Positions 41,826 through 56,000 of a stretch of DNA of 64,000 nt are shown one piece after another. The first letter of the stretch is position 1. Each line of letters opens with the position of its first letter. Source of the DNA: Lingula anatina (taxonomy: Eukaryota; Animalia; Brachiopoda); contig CM120646.1 in the NCBI GenBank assembly GCA_051362555.1, positions 17,484,001-17,548,000 on the forward strand, given 5' to 3'. The translations under genes were made by a program, and so were the position numbers. A model generated the notes under the pieces. It was not told the DNA's origin. It worked only from the letters and a program-made list of their open reading frames with translations, and did not search any database.

Positions 41826-44800
41826 ATGAGGCACATGTGGGAACTAAAATATCCGGCCATCTTGGATACAGAGGTCCACTTAGGCCAATAATATTTTTGG
41901 CACGAAAATGTAGGAAATCCGCCGAAAGTTGGAAAATCCCTTTCCTATATCAGTGACACATAGTAGATATCAACAGACAGGTTTTATTTTTAAATGTCGA
42001 GAGTTGACTTGGATAGAATGCTTTGATTTTTAAAATGCACTTTGTATACAGGGGGTAGCTCTATCATTTACTCTCTTTTGCAACATTTTCCACACCATTT
42101 TACATCGATTAATTTTAAAAATTCTGAAAAAAATTCGAAAGAAAAATTAGTAATACTCCTACATAGCACTCGTCTTCTGCAATGTATGTTATATTGGCCA
42201 AGAGAATCCCACGGTGCATTTCTAACATCATTTTAGTCAAAAGAAATTATGGCAATTAGGGAGAAGTGTGTTGGATTTATGTACATTTATCCAGGGGGTC
42301 CAAGAACTTTGTATATTACTAGATGACACACACACACACACACACTCGCGCGTTTGGTCATTGGTCATTTTTTTAATATATCTCTTTCAATTTTTAAGGA
42401 TCTTTCAGGCTGGAACTGCAAATGCTGCTTTGCCTGAAATAACCATGTCTATAAGTGGAAATGAGTATGGCACTAGTGTCACTATGACGGCCACGATGGA
42501 TAATTCGGGTAAATGTTGTTAGTCTGTATTTTGGGTAGAAAGTCGCTTAATTAAAATGCAATAACTTCAGCTGTCACTATTAACTATTCGATCTTTTCCT
42601 TCTTTTTATGAAAGAAACCCTGATTTCTTTCGCTCGGTCCAGGATAGGTATGTCATTCCTGTCATATACTGTAGGTGTAACGTGACAGACAGTCCCCCGT
42701 GAAAGAGAGTCCATTGTACAATATCAACCTGTATCTACCTGTTCAATATCTAAATTATACATATTTATTACCGTTGCAAGTGAAATTCGCCAGTCTTCAT
42801 CTCCATTATGAGAGGGATTCAAAATTGGAGATTTAAAAATCTTAAAAGAGCTTAGAAGATTAAAATTTTGCCAATGGCATTGCGTGTGTTGTACCCTATT
42901 AGTAAAAAATGTCTCTTCTAAATAGATCAACTATCACTGTGTATTTTGCATGATTAGATACGCTCTGAACATACAACCATAAGATCTGAGCATATTATCA
43001 TTGCATATTGACTTATGTTTGACAAGAAACTTTTCCGCGGCTAACTGCCTTCACTTCCTTTTAGCTGTGCCTGGGTTGGTATCTTTACGAGCAGCAGAGT
43101 GCACTGCCGTAAATCCTGACGACACAGCCATAAGACAACCATTGAGCGCCGATTAGTAAGCACTTTTTCTATACCTACGTATAAACCTAGTATACCTACA
43201 CATATGCTCTTACCTACCTGAAAGGGTGGTCGACACACTCATGTAAGTAATATGACCTTGACCAGAGTGAAGCAGAGGCGGCACTTACACACTTTGAAAA
43301 TACTAGAAATACTTCACATTTGTAACGAAGGCTAGCTCTGATTATTTATTAATATGTATCCCAAACTCGAATCTTATAATATCATTTCAAATTGTAGAAA
43401 CACTAAAAATAAATAATGATTGTTTGTAAACAAATTAACACCTTTTTTCACACATCATTTAATATTACGGTTAACATATTATTAATTAGATTTAATGATA
43501 CCATGGCAGCATTAAATCTAATTAATAATATGTTAACCGTAATATTAATTAGATTTATACGATACCATGGCAGCATTAAATCTAATTAATATTACGGTTA
43601 ACATATTATTAATTAGATTTAATGCTGCCATGGTATCGTATAAAGTCAATGATCTTTTTCAGTTGTTGGACTTATGAATCTACTCCCCCTTCAGGGTGGA
43701 CGTTGGTTAATTCGAATCCGTTCGAAATTGTATCTCCGACATTCGAACTGTTTAAGTTTGCTGGAACGTTCAATATTCGATTTGAATGTACTTTCACATT
43801 CTGCACGTCTAATACTATAGCGCTTTGCGACCATTCGCTGGCGGAGGTAAGTCACCTTCACATCTCTGTTGATCTTATGCCTATAAGATACATAAGCTGT
43901 ACTCAGAATAGAAGTTATTACACTTGAGGCAAAGTCCGTGTTATGGTTACTTATAATTGGCTGGCACGCCCCCTCGCAAAGCAACATAGAAAACATCATG
44001 GGCCACAAAGTTTTCCCGACTTAACCACAGTACTTAAGTTTCGAGAGGGGGGGGGGGGGGGGGCGTGCCGGACAATTCGGCTGATTATATAGACTACGCT
44101 TTACCAAGAATCCCCGCTTAGATAGATCGATCTTGCTACTGCGATAAAATTTATTCTTAACACAGCCATAAATTTACACAGCATATTAGATAATCAACCA
44201 TCAAATTTATTCGTTTATTTTTCTACCTGTACATGTAATTATACTAGATTGATTACTGTATCTTTATTGAAGCTGGCCTCTTTGTTTTTAAAATGCGTTT
44301 TCTTTTGGATGCTTCTTGATATTGTCCAATTTCAAATTGTTAGAAAGCATAATCTCCTGTTTTTCGGTAAGTCCGTTCCACAGTAAATTCATAAAGCCCC
44401 TCTCATTTCTGTCATTGGCCAAAAACCATCCATGTACTGTGATGCACAATCCAGTTGTTTTTGTTTGGTTACTTGTCCTATTAACATTTTTGAAGCATAA
44501 CCCATTACAGTGCATACTTCTATGATGTGCTACATGGCTTATGTTTCATCATACCATCATCTGACGTTTTTAAGGATAGTAATCAGTGCGATGCCAAAGA
44601 TGCTGCCCGCCGTAAGCGGTCCATAAAGACGGACAACGAAACCTCGCATGAATCTGTTACCGCCAGTGTTATTGTGGAATTTGGAAAAACACCGATTGCG
44701 CCTTCGGCAAAATCAGGTACTGACTCTTCAAATCATCTCACAGGTTTCTACTTTTACCGTCGTAAATAATTATAATTTCAATATGGTCGAAGATTAACAA

Positions 44801-45321
44801 GGCGGACATCAATTTTGACGTGTTAATAGATAGCATGGCACCCACTGTGAGGATCAGGTAAGAGAAACAATCGGCGAACGTTTTAACCTGTGATTCGGTG
44901 TCAACCCGCACGGCGACTGAGAATTGAAACAAAGCTTTGAGTAAGACAACTTATGGTTATTTGAAGAATGCTTGAATCGTGATGGGACTTTATCATATCA
45001 AGAAATTAAAATAGGACTAAAAATTGCAGCGTTATTTAAAGCTGAGTTAAATTCCCAACTTGAGCATAATTATTTTTGATTTTATTATGAACAAAGTCAA
45101 AACGTTAAAGTCGTTTTCCAAGTTAATATTCTTATATATATTGTATTTCAGAGGAACCACCGGTCGAAAATTGCAGCAACCAAGAAGTCTTTATTGCCAT
45201 AACTTCCGTTGTTGCTGTGGTCTTATTCCTTGCCGTGCTTGTTATCGTATTCATGTTTAAGAAGTTGACAAGCCTCAGACGTCAAGATGACAAGCTAGGT
45301 GCCACCAATCCTGCGTTTTAA
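37634..45321 (+). CDS. ZP-domain type I membrane protein ZP-B, paralog of ZP-A; exons 37634-37657, 37993-38032, 39006-39166, 39729-39892, 42399-42508, 43065-43155, 43663-43846, 44575-44716, 45152-45321
   Basis: Signal MQNIIFLMVFLTGYAYG. ZP-N Cys (YTC, NCS, TCG, LSC). ZP-C SPTFELFKFAGTFNIRFECTFTFC. Furin RRKR, EHP-like ESVTASVIVEF, TM helix, C-terminus GATNPAF*. Intron phases match ZP-A. Confidence 0.85.
40929..41137. mobile_element. hAT-like MITE
   Basis: Termini CAGGGCGGAT / ATCCGCCACTG. Flanking 8-mers tttgtata and tttctata are 7/8 identical, consistent with an 8-bp TSD. Confidence 0.75.
41260..41391. mobile_element. Small TA-flanked MITE
   Basis: TIR TACCCTCTACCAGGG / CCCTGGTAGAGAGTA. 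Related copies at 25895 and 63009. Confidence 0.7.
41425..41700 (+). mobile_element. Degenerate non-LTR retrotransposon reverse transcriptase fragment (CR1/Rex1-like)
   Basis: Frameshifted translation gives FADDT, WCSENYLELNVKKTK, EVETVRNF and LGMHISDDLKWHINKDKIVCKAQQKL, typical of the LINE RT C-terminal part. Confidence 0.8.
43459..43644. repeat. Complex local inverted/direct duplication (two adjacent hairpins)
   Basis: 43459-43497 is the reverse complement of 43510-43548. 43554-43590 is the reverse complement of 43608-43644. Confidence 0.9.
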
Positions 45322-47538
45322 CAAGTGGATTTTTAAATGGAATCAACTAACGGACTGCCGCAAATGAAATCATCGTCATTACAACTTCAAGCCAAATATT
45401 TAAACTGAAATTTAAGCTATGCTATGAGTGCTAAGAGGATTAACGTGAACGTTCTTTATGGTTTTGATATGACGGTTTGTTCATAGAATAAGTGTAACAT
45501 GGTACTCTGGAAAACCTCAATTGCCAAATTTGCTTATATGTTCCTTTTCCACAGAACCAACCCCAGTATCGAAACCCTGCAACATCTACAATCTACATGT
45601 TGGTCTACCCTAAAAATTCTCCGATATAATCCATTGGTCTACCCGCACTTCTCGCTTTAAACCTCCACAATCCTTCAACTGGGACAAGCAATGTGCAAAC
45701 CTCACGTGATACGAAGAAATTTCCAAACTGTTATCGGTGTTATTGTAAAACCTCTGTAGTGATCACGCCATGTTAAACTATCTTGTTGTATATTAAGATT
45801 TTTGCATTTCCACTAATTTCGTTTCCACTTGGTTGCCCTTTCTTCTGATTCATTTGTGGTATCGATTCGACAAGGACGTTATCTTTGACAATTGTAACCC
45901 ACGGTAAATAAGAAGGCATGGTGGCCGACAACTTGTATATTACTCAGCACCACGTTATCTTGTTTCTTAAAAAACTAATGAAAACACTGTCCGCTAGATC
46001 TGCATGAATTAACATGTAGTGCATTTTCAGTAATTCGAATATTTTAAATGTTTGATTTGTAATTAATAACCATGCTTTTACACGTATGTCATCAGTAATA
46101 CTTTTGAATTCAACCGTCTTATGGACCTCCATGAAACCCTTTTTTTATTTCCGAGAACAAGATATTGCAGGTGTTGTATGAAACGATCCCCGTTGCAAGA
46201 AGATCATGGTTGTAAGGGAAAATGCCGTTCTGGTTGCATATTAAATGCACGTACACATCTTTGTACTAATACCTTTACAAGAGCTTGGCGAAAGCACGTT
46301 CAAGTAGTCACTTGCATTGTATCAATTTATATACTAGAACTAGAAGGCCTACTTGTATATTGTTTCTTAAATAACAAATCTTCGGCGTAATTGGCACCAA
46401 GGCAACCGATTTGTGAAGGCCCATGTGTGTTGTATCACCTGAAAGTAAGGCAATGAAAATAAGTACCAATCTTCACCATTGTTCCCTTAGGAAATCTCGG
46501 AACAATTCAGTCCACGTGGATTGAACAGTCTGGTGCAAAAGCGGGAAATGGATTGTTCAGCAGAGGCATCGCGACCATGTTATTTTACCTGGTGACACTA
46601 CATGTATATGTTTATGCATCTGCACTTACTGTGTTGAATGGTATTTTTGTTTTTGGTTAATTAATCGATTTTGATCGCTCGTTTTGTGATGGACGTGTAA
46701 GTTACCTGACAATGATAGAACGCAATTAATTACTGTTTTCTCTTTCTTATTTTTGCTTTTAAATACAGAATTACATCAACGATATGCTGTAAATAGAAAG
46801 TATATGTGTACTTCCTTCTCACTAGTTGTGATAATTTTTATGTTTTGTTTTGTTTTGTTTTTCTCTGATCCTCAGCTGTTTGGTTGTTTCCCTGTGTGGA
46901 TTATGGATTCCAACTCACTAGAGCTTTTCAGATTTTTTCCTAAATCTTTTTATGTTTCGTATACTACTATGAGTTTATAATAAGAAATATTTCGATAAGT
47001 CTTTCGATCAAGAAAATTACATCGATTACATGCAGTGTAGATGACGAGTGTTCTCTGATAATACACAGGCATATTATTAGATGTAATACCGGTGGTTAAA
47101 AGATATTTGACATCATTGGATCTAATTTCACATTTATTGGCTTGGGAAGCGAAATATACTATTCGGAAAGCAAATGAAGTGTTCGTTTTATTATTTTTTT
47201 TAGTTTTTAGCAGGTTCTTTTTAATGTTTCTTTACAATACAAATGAAGACAAACGGGTATATATCACAAGGCCGATATGTTTTAAGTATTGCAATAAGTT
47301 TTGATTATACTATGCAAAACTATTTATTTTTAATGTTTTACGTCGTCAAATATCGATAGATAAAATAATTGGTGAATGGCAATATTTGCAGATTCCTTTA
47401 TTGTAATTTCTTTTTGACATCGTAATCAAAATAATATACTGTAATAATATACATGAGCGTCCTCAACATAAAGATTTAAACTCGTACAAAAAGAAGCCTC
47501 GTAGTCTAGCAATCTGTTGACATCATGTAGGCCTATAA

Positions 47539-47810
47539 CAGGGCCGTAGCCTCCGGGGGGGGGGGGGGGGCAAGGGGGGCAGCTGCCCCCCCTGGGATTT
47601 GAGGTGAAAAAAAAATAATCGCAATTTCTGACTTCTGAGTGAGCAATAAATAACAGTTAAAATGCACCAGAATGCAGTATTATACATACAGTTTTTAAAA
47701 TTTTTCCACACCGTGGGACACCCCCTCCCACAACCTCCCCACTCAGGGGGCTTTGCCCCCTCGTGTCCGCTTACTGCCCCCCCTGGCATTTTGCTCAGGC
47801 TACGGCCCTG
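47539..47810. mobile_element. MITE with CAGGGCCGTAGCCT TIRs
   Basis: cagggccgtagcct ... aggctacggccctg with G/C-tract interior. TATAA lies directly on both flanks. Confidence 0.8.
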
Positions 47811-48092
47811 TATAAATATCCCTGTTAAGGCTTGACAAAAACCTCATATAAAAAGAAAAGTAGCCTGTTCTTAATCGGAGTGTTTACATATAGAACATCA
47901 TTTTGATTTATTCTATTTCACATTTTAATGAAAAAATCGCTCTGACACAATTTTGGAGATTAATTTTGTGTCAGATTATCGATGCATTTTATTTGCAATG
48001 CGATCGCTCTGAATTCTGTACTAGTAGCTTAATGAAAACCTCATAAGCAGTTGCAGCCTGTTGACGTCCCTCTTCTACATATAGCACCGGAG

Positions 48093-49415
48093 CTATATCT
48101 TTTCTGTTGAAATATATCCCATTGTCGTCTTTTTAGTCTTCTCATGGGTTCTAAGAGCTAGATTGAAGTAAGAAAAGTAAAACAATATTGTGTCCTTTAA
48201 TATGTCCCTTGATGTGTATTATAGGTACAATAACTGAATTTGAAGGTATGTTTCTTAATGAGGATACATATACAAATATCCTTCATATTTTTAGAGACCA
48301 AATTGAAACATTTCTATAGCAATATCTCTATGGTATTTGACCCCAGAACTTGGTTCAACTTGTGAAACTATAGGCCTACGGGGTTCCTTTGACAATGAGA
48401 TTCTTTCCCTTACTAACCACTTCACTTCAATATACTGATGAACCAACACTGATTTTCGGCCTCTTACTCACCTCTGGCAGAAGAAGACCCTGATGCCCCT
48501 TTGTTTTCTGCACCTGCAAAACAACTTGGTAGCCACTGGCACCATGCCGCACGTGCAGCTGACTTCATGAAGCAGTGGAAAATGAACAAAAAGAGGCCCT
48601 GAAGGGAGTTAAAGATTGCAAACAGGTAATGGAACACCATAAACTTGGCACTGACGGTGAGGAAAGCGAAGCCCCAAGTGAGCCCCAGAAGCACGACCAT
48701 GCTGCAGGTGCCCTTGACCTGTGACGCCACTGATGACGTCTTGACACTGGTAATTTTCCTTTGCTTGGCATGACGGCGGATTTGACGAAAGACCAAAATG
48801 AAGCTGACGAAATTGAGAACAATCGTCAGTCCAATAGGTGCTATAACTGTGATGTACATGGGGACGGGAGTCAACCAGCAACTGAAAATTCAAAATATAA
48901 ATTACTTCGATATTATATATACCGGTATCAATTGTTATAGACTCTAAATGAAAAAATTCTATGATCTCAAGTGGGTCTGTTTTACTTTTAAAAAAACTTT
49001 GGTTAAAGGACCCAGTGTAAGGATTTACCCCGAAAAATTCCATGGGGGTAAACAGTACTTTTTACTCTGAATAACCAACCTTTGATCCTCGTTTCCTGAC
49101 ACCTGTCATTTCTCTATAACAAGCACTAACAGTAAATTAAACAAATATTGCCACATCACATCTGTACAAGACTGGGTTCCCACAGATTTGGATCGATCCA
49201 TCTGGATCGACCTAACTCCCTGAGGGTTCACACTAAATTGCTGTCAGCTTCTGGGAGCTGAGCATGCACAAAAGTTAATTACCCCCTTACAGCTTTTAGT
49301 AGTCGGGGCAGGCACTTAAGCTGGTTAAGCTGACAGCAATCTAGTGAGACTCCCCGGGGGATATATTGATCTAAATATCTGTGGGAATGGTCTCTTAGTC
49401 TTGTTTATACACATA

Positions 49416-49452
<37 letters not shown>

Positions 49453-52400
49453 TTAAGAAAAATAACTCTTACAACGTTGCATCATATCCAGTATAGTAGC
49501 CATAGTGGTCCACATTAATAGCAGTTGTCAGCACTACTACAAAGAGAGGAAAACCTGGAATGAAATAAACTTATTTCATCACATCTTTTAATCGATACAT
49601 GTACAAAGCTCAATTCCCAGTCTTACACAAGATTATTGTAATGTGATCACCACCTGAAGACCTCAATGTGTTTACTGCTCAATCTACCCAAAGCTGATTA
49701 AATATACATGTATGGTTTATTAGCAAAATCAGAAAAAAATATAATATTCAAAGTCCCCAACCCCCCAACACAAATTAACACAAAAAAGTGCTTAAAAATA
49801 TGATGCATGACCGAAATAAGGGGAGTTTATAAATTTCTGAGAATAATACCATACTCACCCCAACCAAAACCAGCAAATTTCAGTATCATTTTCCTGAAGT
49901 ACACATCAAAGACCTTGACCAGGGCCAAGTACATGTAGAAGGCTTCGACCAGCATCCAGCTCATAGTGGACAGTAGGAAGTAGTGGAGGAAGGCAGCTAC
50001 TAGCTGTATAGATATATGAATAGGAAATACTACAGTAACTACCACTTCTACTACTACTACTATTACTACGGCTGCTGCTGCTGCTACCACCAGTACTACT
50101 TTGACTACTTCTAGCAGTATAGATAATATGAATAAAAATACCATAGACATATGGTATAGATATATAAATAGGAACTATGACCATTTATTAATAAACCTCA
50201 ATGTTCAAGGCTTTAAACATCAGAACTAAGGAATGTAAGCTCGGCAGATGATTTAAAAAAAGCACTAAAAACTTATTTTTTAAATAAGTGTTATGATTAA
50301 CCATTTTCACCTTGCACACAATGACACTGCTGAGGTCCTGGGTGCCTGACACAAACATTAAGTTTAGACCAAGCAATGCTACACAAAGGTTTATCAAAAT
50401 CTTGGCTGGTATGTCCTTCAGAAGCTTTCTGTTAATAAATAAATACATAAATAAAAATTATTGACTAAAGAGATGTTGAGGGGACTGAAAAGGAAACAAC
50501 ACAGCCCAATCCCTCCCCCCATTTCAAAACCTGGTTACACTCTTCTGTCCACTAAAATGATGGACCCGTTTATTAATAATAAAGAAATAGCTTTCAATAA
50601 CGAAGACCCATAGATATTTAACTTTTGTGGACTACACTTCATAATTCTCCAAAATTTGAAATACACATAGAGTTTTGGTCTGTAAGTTTGGATCTACTTT
50701 TGATCTAAAATTATCCTGTCTAACCACTCCCTGGTGAACTGAAGCCTTTGTGTGAGCCACCTAGACTTACCTGAATACCACATGTGTTACAATTGTCAGT
50801 AACAGTGCTACAGAGCTGATAGCACATCCTACATAAGTTATAATACTCAAAATCTCTCTGTTAATCTTATCAATCTTCACAGCACTGCTGTAGACATCCT
50901 GAAGATTTAAGATGCGTTCAAATGAAGTTCACAAGAATGCAAAAATGCCCTGTGTGAAATCACACACACATATTATGCACCTTTCTTTGAATTTTGCTAT
51001 ATAAAACTTTATTTGTCACTGTTTGTTAGACTTCAAATTAAAAACCAAAAGATAAATATAATTATCACACTTATATATAGAATTTTAAATTGACAGTGGA
51101 TATGACTACAACATTTCATGTCAAAGTGGACGAGTTAATTTGGACGTTTGTTTAATTTGTTATACATAAGCAGTTATCCTGTAACCTCCCCCACCCAGAA
51201 TGTTAGTGGCTGCACTTACCACTAACAAGGCAAAGTTAGTGAGATGGTTACAATGGCACTCTGTGCTGTTACCCAGAATATCCAGGGCCACTTTACATCC
51301 ATAGTTTGACCAACCACCTAAACCACCACGGCTGTCAAAGTCCCAGTACACACACTGAGAGTTATTTATCACCTGGGAAAGATGTAAAATAAGGGGTATA
51401 TACTGTATATAAAAACAGGAAATATTTACTTTTTAAACAACACTGTTGCTTATCATCTAGTACATTACCTATTATGGTAAAGATGCAGGAACATTTTGTA
51501 GTTTATATTTGCCTCTCTTTCTCTCTCACTGTATGTATAAGTTAGTTCCACCTTAAATTTGATCAATTAATTTTCAACTTTACATTTTCTGTCACAGTAA
51601 TGATAGTTTTTTTCTATACTATGCATTATAACAATAATTTTCTACCTGATGCTCATTCAGATGGCGGAAGTACAATCTAATTGGCTCCTTCAAATTCTGG
51701 ACTTTTTTCCCCACCAGACTTCCTGAGATAATGCGTCCATTGAGGGCCACATAGGATGATGAAGAGGAGCTGTAATCTTCCTTCTGCTCTGAACTGTTAC
51801 CGTGAGCAGCTAGAACCTGGTAAAACATTTGGTAACCGTATGAATATTTTTTGGGTTTTAGAGTAAACTGTAAGAGCCTTAAAGGCACCAAACATAGTTA
51901 GACTCTAAGAACTCAAAAATATCTATAATTGTACAATAAAACTTGACCTATGGTCTTCTTACTAAATAGCCTTATAGTTTTTGTATAAATGCACTCCAAC
52001 AGTTTTTATTCTTTATATGCAGTGGCACTGATATTCAGGGTTTGAGAAGAGAAAGGTGCTAAAAAGTATTTTGTACATTAGGATCAGGTACTGGTATATG
52101 TAGCTATAATCTTTATCAATATTCAAATCATTCAATCATTCCAGATATTAACATTTACCTCAAAAAAAGTCTCTCTGTTATACACAACAAAGTGAACTCT
52201 TTGAGAGGCTGTGGCCATTTTGGAGACATTTTCCCTGACAAACAGTGATCTGGGTATACGAATGGCCACATCAACATTGGAATGAAAAGGTACCTCAGCA
52301 TTTTTCAAAATCTTGACCTAAAACATATAACATGAAGTATGTAGTAACAATTGATTTGAGCTGAGATTACTATATAAGGCAAAATTATACCATGCAGAGT

Positions 52401-52965
52401 TATTGAGATACACATAGAATTAAAGATTCTGAATACTTTTGAACTAGTTGAAAAATATCAAGTTATGTATTAATATATACAGATTGACTAATTTGTTAGT
52501 GAGTAAATGAGGAAACAGATGAGTTCATAAATAGATGAATATAAACAAATATGATAACATTAAACAAGCATTAAACAAATAAACACAAACACAAATTAGA
52601 AAAAAAGCAATATTTTGGACTTTAATAATAAGTAACAAGTCACCTCTAAGCCACCGTTTTCCATTATTGTTTTATCCAGGCTGTCAAGACCAATACCATC
52701 AAAGTCTGCATCATCAACAACAACATCAGCCACTGACAGTGCTAAGTTGGGAGTCACCAGGGTCAAATTATTACCATCAATTTTCATGTTTGCTGCAAAC
52801 TCTTCAACTATTTCTAAAATTCTGAGAAAAGTTTCCATAAATCCAAAACTGGGACTTAATTCTGCCTCATTGTCTTTGTAGTGAGCCATCTGCTGTTAAA
52901 ATGCCAAATTTCCTTGTAGGACATCATTTAACCTTTACTATTTATAAACTGTGATTACTTAAATA

Positions 52966-53008
<43 letters not shown>

Positions 53009-56000
53009 GTATACTCTTGAGTCTCAAACTAGTTGACAACTGACCAACATTTTCATGTATACAAAAGTGCAGACACTAGAATCAAAGTTAAATCCCATTA
53101 AGCTTTTTGTCTAATATTTATTTTAGACATAAAAATACATGTATTAATACAATTGTATCTTAGAACTTGAATGCTCACCTAATGGACTGCCATATATACT
53201 GCACACACAGTGCCTGAAAAACCTCTCTCACTTACGTTTGTGCAAGTTTAGATGTACAAACACAAACAGGTGACATACACACCTTGTTACTCCCAGTGTT
53301 CTTTCCTCAGACTCCAATAAGGCCCCGGGGTCAACATCCATAAGATGACCCACAGTTTGGACGACCTCTCTAGCCACAATGGGGTCATCTGAGGTCAAGG
53401 TCACTACTTGAGCCAGCACATCTGTAGTAAGGTCAACATCAATGCTGTCAAATAGTTCACCTTCACCTGATGTCACCTCTGACAGAGTGACAGCAACTTC
53501 TCTTGCATTTTCTGAAATGGTGACCAAGATGTTACTCACAATTAAGGTTTTATGATGCTCACGCCTACCAGTACATACAGGTGTATTGCTAATCTCAATG
53601 GTTTTGGCTAGAATAATATACTGTATATGTATGTCTACGAATATACACACACACACATATAATTTTAACTTTCTGCAATCATTACACTAAAAAAGCTTAC
53701 ATTTCAATTAAAATAAGCTCCAGCAGATTCTAGAGTCACAAACTGTGAAAAACTTACCTAAGGTGATGCCTTCTGTTTGAAGGCCATGTAGGGTTAAAGT
53801 CAACTTTGTAACACAATTACTCAGCTCTGGTTCCTGCCAGAACACAGTGTTTTCCTCAGATATGACACTTATAAAAACAAAAATATATATATATATAATA
53901 TACTTTCTTTTTATTGTTAAATACAACTAAAAAAACTAATATATGTGTAGACCTAAGCTAAAATCTGTATTGCAATGTTTGATTTTTTATGGAAAGTGTG
54001 ACAAATTTTTAGAATATAAAATGAATGCCACATTCTAAATTATTTTAGAAAAATATGAGGTGAATCTGAAAATCTTTAATACAACACTACCCTAATAGTA
54101 TTTGGTGTTTGCAGATGCCACTTTTGGCTCACTTTCTAATGCCTGAATTAACTCATATAATTTTGATAAGTGTAAAAAAATTGACAGATATTTATCTATA
54201 TAGCATGTGGTTTGAAAATAAATATTTTTGTACCATGTCCTTGTGGCATTTGCATTTTCATCAATATGAAATTGGCAAGGTAGATGAACCACCACACTTT
54301 TTATGGTGCTGTTGACTTGGGTCAATGGCCATTGGTATCTGCCTTTGACACCAGAGGTCACCTCTGATGCACACTCTCCTGGAATAAAAAAAAATCTTCA
54401 ATAAATTAACACTGAACATTTAAAGGAGTGTATATATTACATTACATTACATTACATTGTTAACACAGTGACTGTGGTTTGTCTAGTGGACATAAATATA
54501 TATTACAGGTCTAGGCTGAACCTGATGTGAACTGCGCCAGTTCTCTTATTCTCACCTGTGGAAATTTGTGATGGATTAATGACATATATGGTCAAATTTA
54601 CAGAGGTTGTGGGGCCATCATATTCCTCAGATTCAGGGGCCTCTCTGCGCTGTCTTTTTTCTATGCAGTGACCTGGGTATACCTAAATTTTAAAAAATAA
54701 AAATTAATAAAAAAGTGATTGATTTCATTGTGATTATTATTGTACACAACAGCTACAAAAGGGAAATTAAAGGACCTTTATACAGGGATAAGGACTGTTT
54801 CCAAATTAATACGTCCATCTTCCAAGGGAATGTGGACTACAGCACAGGTCTAAAGTAATGAACATGATAATAAGATTATCTTCGCACTTTTACTTTCATA
54901 AAACACAAAAACATATTATTGTATTTTTCCACTATACTTACTGAGAAGTCACAATATTGATCAAAGGCTTCCGAGCAGAATGTGACAGTGCAGAGGAAAT
55001 ATACAGAAGTGGCGCCCCCTCTCAGAGCAAAGACATTAAATACAGGTGACATGGCAAACGTGCCATTTCTATTTGACACAAAACCCTGTCCACTTGGCCA
55101 TATTTCAGGTATGTCAGTGCCACAGCTGGAATATATTCATGAACATATTTTAAATAAGAAAAATGATAACTGCCTATACTTTGGACCCATTATACATAAT
55201 GTATGTATAGTGGTTCTATGTGCATACAATTAAATTTCGGTATTACTGATTTCTAATTGTACATCCAAAAGACCTCATTTTGTTCTCTTGCAATATCTAA
55301 ATCCAACTGAATTCCTGTCTAGTCTTTTATTATAATATAGGAAATGGCTTATTATTTATTATTGAAACATTCAAACAATTTCTTGTATATCCTGAGCTTT
55401 ACATGCAGCACTTAAGCTAAAATATGACACTGATTTTGTTGTTGCAAACAAGTGATTTATCTTACATTTTAATGTAAGTGCAATTAAACTGCAAACTGTC
55501 CAATAAAATAGAAGTGGGCAGGATATGTATACAACTCAGGGAGGGTTGGGGCTGTTCAACTGAAGTCCCCCTCCCCCTCCCCTCCCAACACACAGACAAA
55601 GCAACACTGTTGAAAACGTATCAGTTGGGAATGGTACAAACATGTAATTTGAACAGTTAATGTTAAAATGAGGTGTTACCATCTAAATGCTTTCAATGAG
55701 CTTACTAATCTGAGAGTATGGCTAGCCTGGGACTGATCTCCACTCTTGAAATCTGGACAATACATGATTTAATACGCATCCCAGTAAATCCTGAAATTAT
55801 AGACAAATCAATATTAATTAACAGTATTTTTATTTATATTTAAAATATAAATCCTCAGCAAAATGACCTTACGTTTTTCTGAGGGAAAATTATTTCATGA
55901 ACATTATAATATCATTACATCATAACAATCAGTTTTACATAAAGGTGTTTTTAGCCCTATTTTGACTAACAGTGCCCAATGCCAAATGCCAGTGAAAGCG

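Noticed and set aside
45424-45441. Short match between the ZP-B 3' UTR (atgagtgctaagaggatt) and the protease activation-site codons
   Set aside because: Only a ~13-nt exact core, expected by chance in 64 kb of AT-rich DNA.
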